Positions 26,497-48,573 of a stretch of 64,000 bases of DNA are shown here, in pieces. How positions within the stretch are numbered: position 1 is the first letter of the stretch; each line of letters begins with the position of its first letter. The stretch is taken from positions 1,302,001-1,366,000 of the forward strand of contig MCFH01000005.1 in NCBI GenBank assembly GCA_002104945.1, read 5' to 3'. The notes beneath the pieces are model-generated. The model was not told the DNA's origin. It ran no database searches and was given only the letters and a program-made list of their open reading frames with translations. The position numbers were made by a program, and so were the translations under genes. This DNA comes from Piromyces finnis finn. Lineage: Eukaryota; Fungi; Neocallimastigomycota.

Positions 26497-27327
26497 TTAA
26501 AAATATTAAATAATAATTTTAACGAGTGTATGTTAAAAATGGTAAAAATAATATTATATATTTAATACTAACTATTTATACTATCCTTTTATTATTTTTA
26601 TTAATAAAAAATATAAATCTATAGAATCGCTAGAAATCAAAAAATTGATTATATTCAATCAAAAATTTCAAAACTTGAGAATCTTAATGCTTTGTAAGGA
26701 TAAAATAAATTGAATGATAATTAATAAACTATTTATTATTATTAATTATTATTAAAATAATTATATGAATTGATTTATAAATCGATATTTTATATTTTAT
26801 ATTTTATATATTTATATGTTTATATATATTTATGTTTTAAATATTCATATTTTATATATTTATAATATATTTCTATATTTTTTTTTTTTTTTTATTATTA
26901 ATTTTTAGAGATTTAAGTGGAAATAAAATTGATTCACTTCCAAAAGCTCTTAACAATATGGCAAGTCTTAGAAGTGTGTAAGTAATTAATTTAATTAAAC
27001 TCTATAAGTAATTTATTGATTTAAAAATATCTTATTTTACTTTACTTTATATTAATTTATACTAATATATATTTATAAATAAAAAACTATTATACTTTTA
27101 TAATATATATATATAATTCTAATGTTTTAATATATATACTAATGTATATTCTTATTTAATAAAGTAATTTCAGTAATAATCCAAAGATGACAGGAAAAAC
27201 CTTGACTAATGAGAATCTTGTATTTTGTCAATATGATGCTTCATCTTCAATTTGTAAAGCTAAAGAAATGCCATGCTTCAATGAAGATGACAATATAAAA
27301 CTCTGTAAAAATCAAAAGAAAAATTAA
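22670..27327 (+). CDS. Secreted leucine-rich-repeat protein, copy 1 (22 exons, 665 aa; one LRR per exon)
   Basis: Manual splicing: 22670-22827, 22919-22987, 23178-23252, 23366-23455, 23556-23621, 23805-23879, 23984-24061, 24170-24241, 24354-24431, 24568-24636, 24753-24821, 24903-25169, 25256-25327, 25433-25504, 25615-25689, 25805-25885, 25981-26052, 26180-26254, 26366-26449, 26625-26693, 26909-26977, 27165-27327. All introns are GT-AG and phase 2, and all internal exons are multiples of 3, giving an open frame. Signal peptide MNIKFLLKNLGLGLLIASVQRADA; repeats such as NLSSNKLVEIPETIKELKNLKIL; Cys caps; no TM segment. Confidence 0.88.
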
Positions 27328-29215
27328 AATTAAATAACCAATATGAAAAAGAAGCACTATAAAATAATTTTTAAATTAAATAACCAATATGAAAAAGAAG
27401 CATGAAAAAGAAGCACTATAAAGTAATTTTTAATTTAATATTAAGTTGATTATAAAACTATTCATGTTTTTAGGAAATCTTTTATTATATATATAAATAT
27501 TTTTCTTTAAAATTTTCGTAACCAAAAGAATTTAATTATAATAAAAGATATTTACTAATATTTTTTATTAATATTAATATTAGTAATATTAATAAATAAT
27601 ATATAATATCAAGTTATATATTATAAATTTAAACATTATTAATATGTTTACTCCATTTTATAAATTTAATATAAATTAATAATATTATAATTATCAATAT
27701 CTTTTATCAACATTAAAAAAAATTATTATTTTAGAATATATAAATATTTAAATAAATATTCATAATTTAATAGTTATATATTAATGATATATGTAACTAT
27801 TATCCTTTAATATATATTAATAAAATAAATAAAAAAAAAAAGAAGAAGAAACAAAAAGAATTGAGAAAGATTATATTTATAATTTAAGTAAAAATATCAT
27901 TTAAATTTAATTAAATATTTTACCCTATATTATAAAAATACTTTTTACTATTTACTTAGTGTTAATATTATCAACATTTATTATTACGTAATATAAGAAT
28001 TAAAGTTTTTAAAAAGTAAATCAATACAAAATATTTTTTCCATTGTCTAAAAAGACGTCGCACTGATAAGGCAAAGGAACAATCTTAATGTTTCGTACAT
28101 AGGGTTTAGGGTTCAATGTTAGTATTTCATCAAATCAAATGAAAATATTATGAACTAATGGGAGAGTTTAGTGGAAACCACAATATCATACCTGATGTTA
28201 TTTTTCTTATTTATTTCATTTAATTTATTAGGTAGGGACCAATCCCATACTGCACAAATTACAGAGTTTATTTAAATTTTATACAACTTTAATAATTTTA
28301 TTTTATATTATTATATATATTTATATTTATATATATATATATATTTATTATTTTTATTTATTATTTATTATATCAATATGTATTATCACTTAATGTAATT
28401 TCACAAATTAAATAAATAAATACAAAAAGTGTGTTCTTTTCCTAGTCTAAAAAAAATTGTTTAGAAAAGTAAAAAAAGGATATTTATAATAAATAGTAAT
28501 AATTATATTTGTTAGAAACCAGTTATGATTTTACATTGTATAAATTTTATTAATATTAATTGTGATAATTACATTTATAATAACTACATTGTATTAATTA
28601 ATGGAAATGAAATACTATAATATGTGACTAAGTAAATTTTTAGAAAATGTGAAATTAATACATTACTTAATTAAATTACTAATTATTATTATTACATTAT
28701 TAATTACTTTTTCCAATATTTTTATATAATTATAAACTTTTGATTTGTATAATTATTGAAATGCCTTTTTTTAAATTATTGGAAACAAATTCTAATTTAA
28801 TATAAATTAAAGTTTAAAATATTAATTTATTTTTAATTTAAATAATTTAAATATTTTTTAAAATTCCACAAATTAAATGCTTTAAATTTGAATATAATAT
28901 TATGGTTAATTTTATGAAATAAAGCTTTGTTTATGGCAAATCATTCATTAATTATGATTTAATTTGTTACAGAATCAAAATCTTATTTAATAATATTTTT
29001 AATATAAATTTTATTAGAAATAGTAATTATAACATTAATTATGAAAATTAAATATATAAAAAAGGTGAATATAAAAAGAAAAAAAAAAAGTAAAAGAGAA
29101 AAAAAATTTTAAAAATAAAAATAAAAATAAAAAAAAAAGAAATTAAATAAAAAGAAAAAAGAAATAAAAATAAAAGCATTTTAAATAGAAAAAAAAAGAT
29201 ATTGAATATAAAAAC

Positions 29216-32200
29216 ATGAATATTAAGTTTTTACTAAAGAACCTTGGATTAGGGTTGTTAATAGCTTCTGTTCAAAGGGCAGATGCATTAAATTGTAAAG
29301 AAATAGAAAGCACTCTTTCAGGATTTGAAATAGAAGAATGTGTTGAAAATGAAAACAATGAAATTATTAAATTGTAAGAAGAAATAAAAATTAACAAAAT
29401 AAATAGGTAAAAGTATGAATAAATGAAGAAAAATTCTTATTTTATAATATTTAATAAATGACAGTAAAACAGCAGGTCTTCTTACTGAAGAAGTAATTAA
29501 TAATATAAGTACATTGGATAAACTTGAAGATTTGTAAGCTTTACTTTAAATAATTTATTTATTTTATATATAAATATTATATAATAATAATAATAATAAT
29601 AATAATTATTAATAAAATAATAATATCAATATTTTATATATTAATAAAAATATATTATAAAAAAATATATTATAAAAATTAAAAAAAAAAAAATACATAA
29701 TAAAAAACAATTTTATATTCAAATAGAAATATATATCATGACAGTTACCAAGATAACTTTGATTTAACACCTTTCGAAAGTCTTGAAAATCTTAAATCAT
29801 TGTAAAAGTTTTATTTAATAGAAATAATGAAATATTTTATTATTTAATTATTAAAATTTGTTAACATACTTTTATTTTATATTTCCATTATATATAATAT
29901 ATAATATAATATAGTTCAATAGATTGTTATAGAAACCCTAAGCATAGATATCATGGAAGTGAAATTAAAGAAAATTCATTTAAAATGAAAAACTTGGAGA
30001 AATTGTAATACTTTATTTAATACTTTATTTTTATTAAAGTTCAATATTAAATATTATTATTAATATATTTTATTTTTATATATATGTTTTTTTAAATTAA
30101 CCAGATATTTATATGGATGTGATGTTATGGGAGAAGATCCTTTATCTAACTTAACTAATCTTAAAGAATTGTAAATATATAAATAATTATTATTTTTGTA
30201 TTTACAATAAATGAAATAATCTATTTTTTTTAAAGAATTATTTATTTAAAATTATTTTTAAAGAGTTGTATTAAATGATTATATTACTAAAATTAATAAA
30301 TACTAATTTTTAATTTTATTTTTTTGTTTATAATCATAATTAAAACTGTATAGAACAATTGAAATACAGAGAGGACAAGAATTACTTAACTTATCCCATA
30401 TTAATAATTTAAAAAATCTCACCTCATTGTAAATTTAAATTGTTATTATAAATATTATTATATTATTTTAAAGATGTTAGAAATTGTTTTATATAATTAT
30501 TAATTTATTTTAAAAAATATATATAAATATAGATATCTCGATAATTATTATTCTTCAACAAGAAGATATATAGTAACTGACTTTAAAGGATTAAATAATT
30601 TAAAGATATTGTACGTATACTATTATTTAATAATCAATAATAATAAAAATAATTTAAAAATATTTAATATTATGATTAAACTCAATACTTTAAATTATGT
30701 TTTATAAAAAAATAATAGATCAATTGGTCCATATTATGTAAATAAAGACGATATTGAAGAAATCTCTACTTTAGAAAGTCTTGAAGAATTGTAATTATTA
30801 AATATAAAAATATTAAAAATTAAATTTATACACCATATTAATATGAAATATTATCAATTATAATAAATAAATAAATAAATATAAATATATATATATATAA
30901 AGATATTTAATAAACTGTAGATTTGATGAAGGAACTGATTTGAATTTGCTTAAAAATCTTAAAAATACTTTAAAAATCTTGTAATTATTATTTTAAATAA
31001 TATATACTAATTAAGATATATAATTTATATTGAATATATATATATTTATTTTTTATATTTAAATATAAAAACTAAATATTAATATTATAATATTTAATAT
31101 TATAATTAAAATATAGAAATTTAAGTAGTAATAAATTGGTTGAAATTCCAGAAACAATAAAAGAATTAAAGAACTTAAAAATTTTGTATGATTTTATTAT
31201 TATTTAGTATTTAGTATTTAGTTACCTTATTATTTTTAAAAAAAACAATCAAGTATTCACTATATTTTTTTTTTTATAATTAATATAATATAATAATATA
31301 GGAATTTATCACATAATGATATTAAAGAATTTCCAGAATCTTTAAACGAATTAACAAATCTTGAAGATATGTATGTATTTAAAAAATCCAATAATTTTAA
31401 TTATTCTTTATGCTTATTAATTTAATTCTTATTTTTAAATATTTATAAAAGCAATATTTCTTATAATGAAAATCTTGTTGGAAAAACTTTAACCAACGAT
31501 AATATTAAAAATTGCGAATATTCTAATACTAAATTATGTATAGCTGAAGAAACCAGTTGTATAAAATCTACTTCTAATGATTTAAGTATATGCGAACCAG
31601 AACCAGAACCAGAACCAGAACCACAAAATGGATGCGAAGAAATTGATTTATTTTTAAAAAAGAACAATATTGAAATGGAAACATCTTGTTATGCAATCAA
31701 TAAAGAAGTTGCAGCAATGTAATTTTATAATATAAAAAATATTAAAATTAACATTAATATTATTAATAATAATTTATAAATTTAAATAATTTATATTTAA
31801 TTAGATCTATTAATGAACAAATTGTTACTGAAGAAGCTCTTGATAAGATATTATCATATGATACTATAGAAGAATTGTAAATATATATTATTTATTAACA
31901 ATATAATATCGTTATTATAATTAGCTTTGTAATAATTCATTAATATAAATTTTATAATTTAAAAAAAAAAATCTATTAGAATTGTTGATATTGATGGATC
32001 TAAAAAGGCCATTGAAAAAATTGGTGAAAAATTACTAAATATTGAATATTTGTAAATATATAAATTTATTAAATATATAATATACTAATATATATTAAAT
32101 ATTAAGTATTAAATATTAAATATTAAATATAAAAGAATAAATAATATATACTAAAAATATAAATATACTATTCAATGTAATTAATTAAATTTAGAGTGAT

Positions 32201-33229
32201 TAATAGCATTAAAAAAAATGCATCCTTAGATTTAACACCATTAAAAAATCTCCAATATCTTAGTGAATTGTAATTGCTTCCTTGATTTTAAATATAAATG
32301 ATTTAAATATAATGATAATTAACATTATAATAATTATGCCATAAAACTAACCTTTACTCAATATTATAATAAATTATTAACTAAAAAGATCAATTAGTAG
32401 TTATAAATCTAAATCATTAGCCAGAATCACTAAAAATTCATTAAAGGATATAACACATTTAGAATATTTGTAATTATTCAAATATATATAAATATTTATA
32501 TATATATATTTATAACAATATATATTTAATAATTTCTATATATTAATATATTATTTTATTATTTCAACAAAATAAGAAATATATAATTACTAAATTAATT
32601 TATTTTATTATTATATTTTATTATATTATATTTTATTATTTTATAACGATAAAAATCAAAAATCAATAGAAAATTAGATTCCATAAAGATTTATCAAAGG
32701 AATTTAGATGATATTAGCAAATTAACCAACCTTAAAACTTTGTTAGTTTTAAAATAAAATATATTAAATATGTTAATGAATATTAATTTTCTTATTTAAA
32801 ATATCCACGAAAAATATTAAATATTTCAATTATTTTCAATTTTTTATATATTTATATATTTATATATATTTATTATTTGTTTTTTCTTCATTATTTTTTC
32901 TTCATTATTAATAATTAATTTATAGAATTTTCGGTGAATGTCATTATCCATCAAGCTTAGATTTCAGTCCTCTCAAGACCCTTCAAAATCTTAATAATTT
33001 GTAAATATTTATTAAAATATAAAATATCAAATAGTAAATTAATATTTTTTATATATTTAAAAAATAGTACATAAATACAGCAATTAATTATATAATATAT
33101 ATAAATATTACATATATAAAAATAAATAAAAACGGATAAATAGAGAATTTGATGGCTATTACAAAAACAAAACTCCACTTTATGAAATTCCAAGTTTTGT
33201 TTTCAAATTAACAAACTTGAAACAATTGT

Positions 33230-33260
<31 letters not shown>

Positions 33261-34208
33261 TTTAAAATAATTTAATTTATATAAATATTATAAATATTAT
33301 AAATATTATTTTATAAATATTAAATAAATGTCTATATGTCAATATTAATATATTTAACATTAACAATTTTTAACCTTTTTAACTATATTTACTTTTTTAT
33401 TATTTTTATTTTTTTACTATTTATTAATTAATATAAATTTATGTAATTAATTATATAGAACTGCTAGAAATCAAAAAATTGATTATATTCAATCAAAAAT
33501 TTCAAAACTTGAGAATCTTAATGTTTTGTAAGGATAAAATTAAATGAATAATAATTAATATATTATTTATTAATAATAATTATCATTAAAATAATTATAT
33601 ATATTGATTTATAAATTGATTTGTAAATTGACATTTTATATTATATATTGTTATTTTATATTATATATTTTAATGTTTATATATCTCAATATGTTATTTA
33701 TATTATATATAAATATAACTTGTTTTTATAATTTATTATATAATATAATTACAAATTTAAAGAGATTTAAGTGGAAATAAAATAGATTCACTTCCAAAAG
33801 CTCTTAACAATATGGCAAGCCTTAGAAGTGTGTAAGTAATTGTAATTATGTTAATTTGCTAATTGAATTAATTATTAATAGTTTGTTGATATTGATTTTA
33901 AATGTTTTATTTTACATTATTTTTATATTAATTTTCATTATTATTAAAAATAAATGTTATTTATTATAAATATAAAATATATATATATATATTTCTAATG
34001 TTTTAATAAATATCAATAATTTAAATATTAATTTAATGAATAAAGTGATTTCAGTAATAATCCAAAGATGACAGGAAAAACTTTGACTAATGAGAATCTT
34101 GTAGTTTGTCAATATGATGCTTCATCTTCAATTTGTAAAGCTAAAGAAATGCCATGCTTCAATGAAGATGACAATATAAAACTTTGTAAAAATCAAAAGA
34201 AAAATTGA
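29216..34208 (+). CDS. Secreted leucine-rich-repeat protein, copy 2 (22 exons, 665 aa)
   Basis: Exons 1-13 and their introns are near-identical to copy 1 (offset ~6546-6549). 3' exons lie at 31980-32051, 32195-32269, 32389-32469, 32670-32741, 32926-33000, 33144-33227, 33459-33527, 33763-33831 and 34046-34208 (TGA), all in frame and phase 2. Confidence 0.87.
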
Positions 34209-35513
34209 GGAAAAATTATTAATAACAAGAAAAAAAATATATTTTTAATTTAAATAGTAATTTAAATTAAAATTTAATTAATTATAAAACTATTCATGAT
34301 TCATGTTTTTAGTGTATTTTTTATTATTAAATTTATATCATTTTTTAAAGGTTTCGTAACCAAAAAAGATGTTTTAAATTTAAATATAATAAAAGTATTC
34401 ACTAACATTAACATTCTTTACTAGCATTAATATTCTTTATTAATATTAATATATATAAAAATATTTTTATATTATACATTATATATATTATATCTTTTAT
34501 ATCATAAAACAAGTTATATAATATAAAATGATATATGACTTATTATTATTAATATTATTAATATTTTTTACTTTTAATATATAAATATTTTATTTTATAA
34601 ATTAATAATATTATAATTATCAATATTTCTTTTATCAATATCAAAAAAAAAAAAAAATAATTATTTAATAATTAAATAGTAATGATATACATAACCTATA
34701 TTTGATATTAAAAAATATTTTTTATAATATGTTAATATTTTAGCATAAATAAATAACTTTTTTAATATTATAATATGTTCATTATTTATAAATTGAAATT
34801 ATATTAACTTTTTTTTTTTTTTCAAACTATTACTATTATAATGAAAATTTAATTTTATATATAAAATCAATTTCATAGATGAAATGAGCTTAAAGTAAAA
34901 TGAAAAATTATTTTATATGTTAATTGTTGAATTATAACACAAAAACTTTAAAATTATATATGCAGATAATGCCATTGTAAACATAATAATAAAACAAATA
35001 ATAAGTATAAAGAAAGAATATTTTCGATATTAGAAACCAAAAATAATCTTTTTTTTTAAAACTTATTATAATATTTATATCAATAGATGAAATTCTTTAA
35101 AATTTTTGATTTATAAATCATAAATATATAGAATGTTCTATTTTTTTAATTAAACTATTATTTTCTTCATTATTTATTAAACTTTTAATTATATAGATTG
35201 GAATAATATTTGATATAAAATAAAGTTTAAACATTATTTAATTTTAATTTATTTATTATTAAAAACTATAATCAAATCAAATCTTTATAATTTCAGTACA
35301 ATATTAATTATTAATTTTATTGCCACATCTCAAAATTATAAAAAATGATAATAATAAAAGAATAATAATATTATGTTGTTTCCATTAAATTAAATCTTAT
35401 TTAATATTAATTTTTCTTATAAATTAAATATTATTGTAATTAAATAAGAATTTTAAATAAAAAATAAAATTAAAAAATTTAAAATAATGAAGAAGAATAT
35501 TGAATATAAAAAC

Positions 35514-36961
35514 ATGAATATTAAGTTTTTACTAAAAAAACCTTTGGATTAGGATTATTAATAGCTTCTGCTCAAAAGGCAAAAACATTAGATTGTAAAG
35601 AAATAGAAAGCACTTTTTCAGGATTTGAAATAGAAGAATGTGTTGAAAATGAAAACAATGAAATTATTAAATTGAATTAAACTTATGAAGGTTTGTTCTA
35701 AATAATTTTCATTACATTTATCAAATAATAGTAAAACAACCTGTGTTCTTACTGCAAAAGTAATTGAAAATAAAAGTAAAATGGATAAACTGGAAGACTT
35801 GTATGTTTTACTCTAATATGTAATTTATTAAAAAAAAATATATTCAAATAGAAATATTTATCATAATAGTTACAGGAACATCTTTCGGAAGTCTTGAAAA
35901 TCTTAAAATATTGTAATTTTTATTTAAATATATTAGTTTTTTATTTATTGTTGATAATAGAAATAATGAAATATTTTATTATTTAAATATTAATATTTGT
36001 TAACATACTTTTATTTCCATTATATATAATATAGTTCAATGGATTGTTATAGCCTAAGCATATTACGGAAGTGAGATTAAAGAAAATTCATTTAAAATGA
36101 AAAACTTGGAGAAATTGTAATACTTTATTTAATACTTTATTTTTATTAAAGTTCAATATTAAATATTATTATTAATATATTTTATTATTATATATATGTT
36201 TTTTTAAATTAACCAGATATTTATATGGATGCGATGTTAAAGGAGAAGATTCATTAGTTAACTTAACTAATCTTAAAGAGTTGTAAATACATAATAAATA
36301 TATAAATATAACATTTAATTATATTTCTGTATATATTTTTAATTAATAATTTGAAAATCAAAATTAAATCCTTAAATATAGAAATATCTATAAGCGAAAC
36401 CTTACCTAATTTATTATATATTAATAGTTATTGTAAATATTTATGAAACATAATTAAATAGTTTTAGTAAATAAAATTTTTTTAAATGAAGTTATTACAA
36501 ATAACTATATTAATATGATATTATTGAAAATGAAAAAGAAATAGATATATTCTTAATCATTATTCTATTTCAAAAAATAAAATATAAATTACTTATGAAG
36601 GATTAAATAATTTAAAAAAAATGTAAGAAGATTTAATTATCAATATTAACATTATATAAAAAAATGTTTAAAAATAATTATAATTTACTAAAATAAAATT
36701 TTAAAGTAGAACAATCTTTAATTTCTATATTAGTAAAGAACATATTGAAGATATTCCTACTTTAGAAAGTATTAAAGAATTATAATTACTAATTATAAAA
36801 ATATTAAAAATGAAATTAAAAAGCATAACATTTTATATTATTATTCACGCAACATAATCATTTAAATGTTACAATATATATATATATATATCTAATGAAT
36901 TGGAATTAAAGAATGCGATTTGATTTTATTGAAATATCTTAAAAATACTCTTAAATTTTTT
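35514..36961 (+). pseudogene. Degenerate, 3'-truncated LRR paralog (copy 3)
   Basis: The same ATG context GAATATAAAAACATGAATATTAAG is followed by a frameshift (CTAAAAAAACCTTTGGATTAG, early stop). The exon-1 donor is lost (AAATT|GAATT) and exons 3-4 carry deletions. Homology to exons 1-9 is recognisable and then ends. Confidence 0.8.
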
Positions 36962-38541
36962 GTAGTAAAAAAACTTATTTCAATATTTTTTAATTTCTAT
37001 AATATATTATTTAGAGTTTTTTAATTGTATAGGTTTATTAAGAATTCAATAAAGATTATAAGGATATGGTAATATTACCATTGAATACAACTTATTATTA
37101 TTATTGCTATTTGATATTTTATAAAATATTTTGTTATTGATATATTTATTATAAAATTTTAAAGAATATATATCTAAAACTTTTTTTTGAATATTTGAAA
37201 ATAGAATATTCTATTCTTTTTACAGAAATGTTTCAAAATCATAGTAATTAAATTTTATTTATTTTTTATAACAATATTAAATATAGTTTTATTTTTTAAC
37301 ATATTATATTAATATAAAATGTTTAAATATTTATATATAAATTAAAATTTTATAAGTTAATTTATAAATTTATTTTTAATTTAAGATAATATTAAAAATT
37401 TATTAAATAAAATTTAATATCTTTTTTATTATAATTATATTTTTAAAATAAAAATAATTTTTTAATGATATTTGCTTTTTTGTGTAAGTTAAGTAATATT
37501 TAGCTTAGCCATTTTTTCATGTATCATTAAAATATAAAAGGTTTTTATTTGAAAAATGTTACTTTTTCTATTTAAATTAATTTTTAACAGTATATTTAAT
37601 AACATACACTAAGACTGAAAATTTCAACATTTATATTCATTGCTAACTATCATAAAAATATTTATATATTTCATGAAGTAACAATTTAGTAAGGATTATT
37701 ATAGTATGTTTATACAATAGATAAAATACTTTTTAAATCTATTGTAAAAAAAGACTCTTTCATCGTTACCATGATCATCAACAAATTAATATACAAATTT
37801 TGGTTTATTATTATTATTTTATTATTGTTATCTTAAAGTACATTGATTGATAAGGCATAATAATATTAAAATAGAATAAAGACATCAAATTAATATATTT
37901 TATAAAAATAATTGGTAGGATTATTAATATTATTTATGAAATTGTATCATCTATATTTAATATTAAAATAATATGAATACTTGAAGACCTTTTCATTTTC
38001 ATATTTATTCTCATGTTATAAAAATTAATAAAGAAAATTACAAAGTAAATAAAATAATAAATATATAAATATTTTAAAAGTCTAGTTTCGCTAATATTTC
38101 ATTATTAAAACCTTTACATAAATGCTTATACATGTTAAATAATTATTTTTATATTTAAAATAGTGATCTATAAATGGCACCAAAATTAATAGTATTTTTT
38201 CATGTGATATAATAAAATTAATCATCATTTTTATATAATTTAAAGTTTAAATTTTTAATTTAATATTAATTTATTTTTATTTGTATACAAATTAAAATTT
38301 TAAATCATATAATATATTAATTATTTTAAAAATATTTTTTTTTTCAATAATAATTTAAGGTAACAAGTAATAATAATAATTTTTAATTTAAAATAATTTA
38401 TAATCATATAATTTCATTTATATTTTAATATTGATAAATGAATTGTTTTAAAAAATTCTTATAATATAAAAATGCAAAAATATATGCTTTTTATAAATTT
38501 TAAATAAAAAAAAAATTAAATAATAATATTGCTTTTAAAGT

Positions 38542-44427
<5,886 letters not shown>

Positions 44428-45519
44428 AAGAAATAGTTAAAACATTCATAATTATATTATTTTAATATATTAAAAAAAAAATAGTAGTATAAAATAATCA
44501 AATTGAAAATAATATTAAAGTTTACTAAAAAAAAAAAAAAAAAAAAAGCAATATTATTCAATAATATTTTATGATTAATCTAATCGTATTATACAAAGTC
44601 ATGATATAATAATTATGAATAATCATAAAATTTTATGATAGTATAAATGTATATTCATCCATAGTTTTTTTTTTTTTTTTTTTTTTTTTATCAAAAGTAT
44701 AAATGAAAAAAAAAAAAAAAAAAAAAAAGCAGGAATTATTAAAGAATGGAATATATATTTTTTATTTTTATAAAACAAAAGAAAAGCAATCTACCTTCTA
44801 CTGTAGAGATAATAGCTTTTAAAAATATTATAATTAAAAAAAAATTTAAAAAAAAAAAACATTAATTATATTATCAATAATCATTAATATCAATAATATC
44901 AATATCCCATTTATTATATATTATATATTAAATAATCACTATCTTTATTTTAAAATATTAATATTATAGATATATTATTTATATCATTCATATTTTTTTA
45001 AAAAAAAAAAAAAAGTTATTTACTAATGTTGTATATAACTCTTTAATAAAAAATATTTAAATAAAAATTAATACAAATGAAAAAAAAAATATATCATTTT
45101 AAATGATATCCCAAAAATAAATAACAATATAAATATATAATAATATAAATTAAAAATAATTTAATGTATTAAAAATATTATTATTATTAATAATGACAAT
45201 GAAAAAAAAAAAAAAAAAATTGTATTTTAAACTTTTATTGAATTATTTTCCTTTTTTTTTTATTTTAATAATACAATATATATACTTTTTGTTTATTAAA
45301 TATATATTATATATATTATATATTATATATATTATATATATTAAATTTTTAAAAATTGTTTTTAAATAGTTTAATCTATTTACTTTTTTTTTTTTTTTTT
45401 ATTTTTGAATCCTATAGAATTAATTATTTAATAAAATTCTTTCTTTTTTTTTTAATGGTGTCATCAGGTAGTGGTATTCCATTTATTATTTAGTACTATT
45501 ATTTAGTATTGAAACCTTT

Positions 45520-48573
<3,054 letters not shown>

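Noticed and set aside
27331-27425. Short tandem duplications downstream of LRR copy 1 (TAAATAACCAATATGAAAAAGAAGCA), plus small tandem repeats at ~52520-52570, ~53620-53670 and ~62470-62600
   Set aside because: They look like ordinary slippage duplications in AT-rich non-coding DNA, with no evidence of function.
28098-28115. Telomere-like TAGGGTTTAGGGTT as an interstitial telomere
   Set aside because: Only two imperfect units; too short to call, so it is kept only as part of the GC-island finding.
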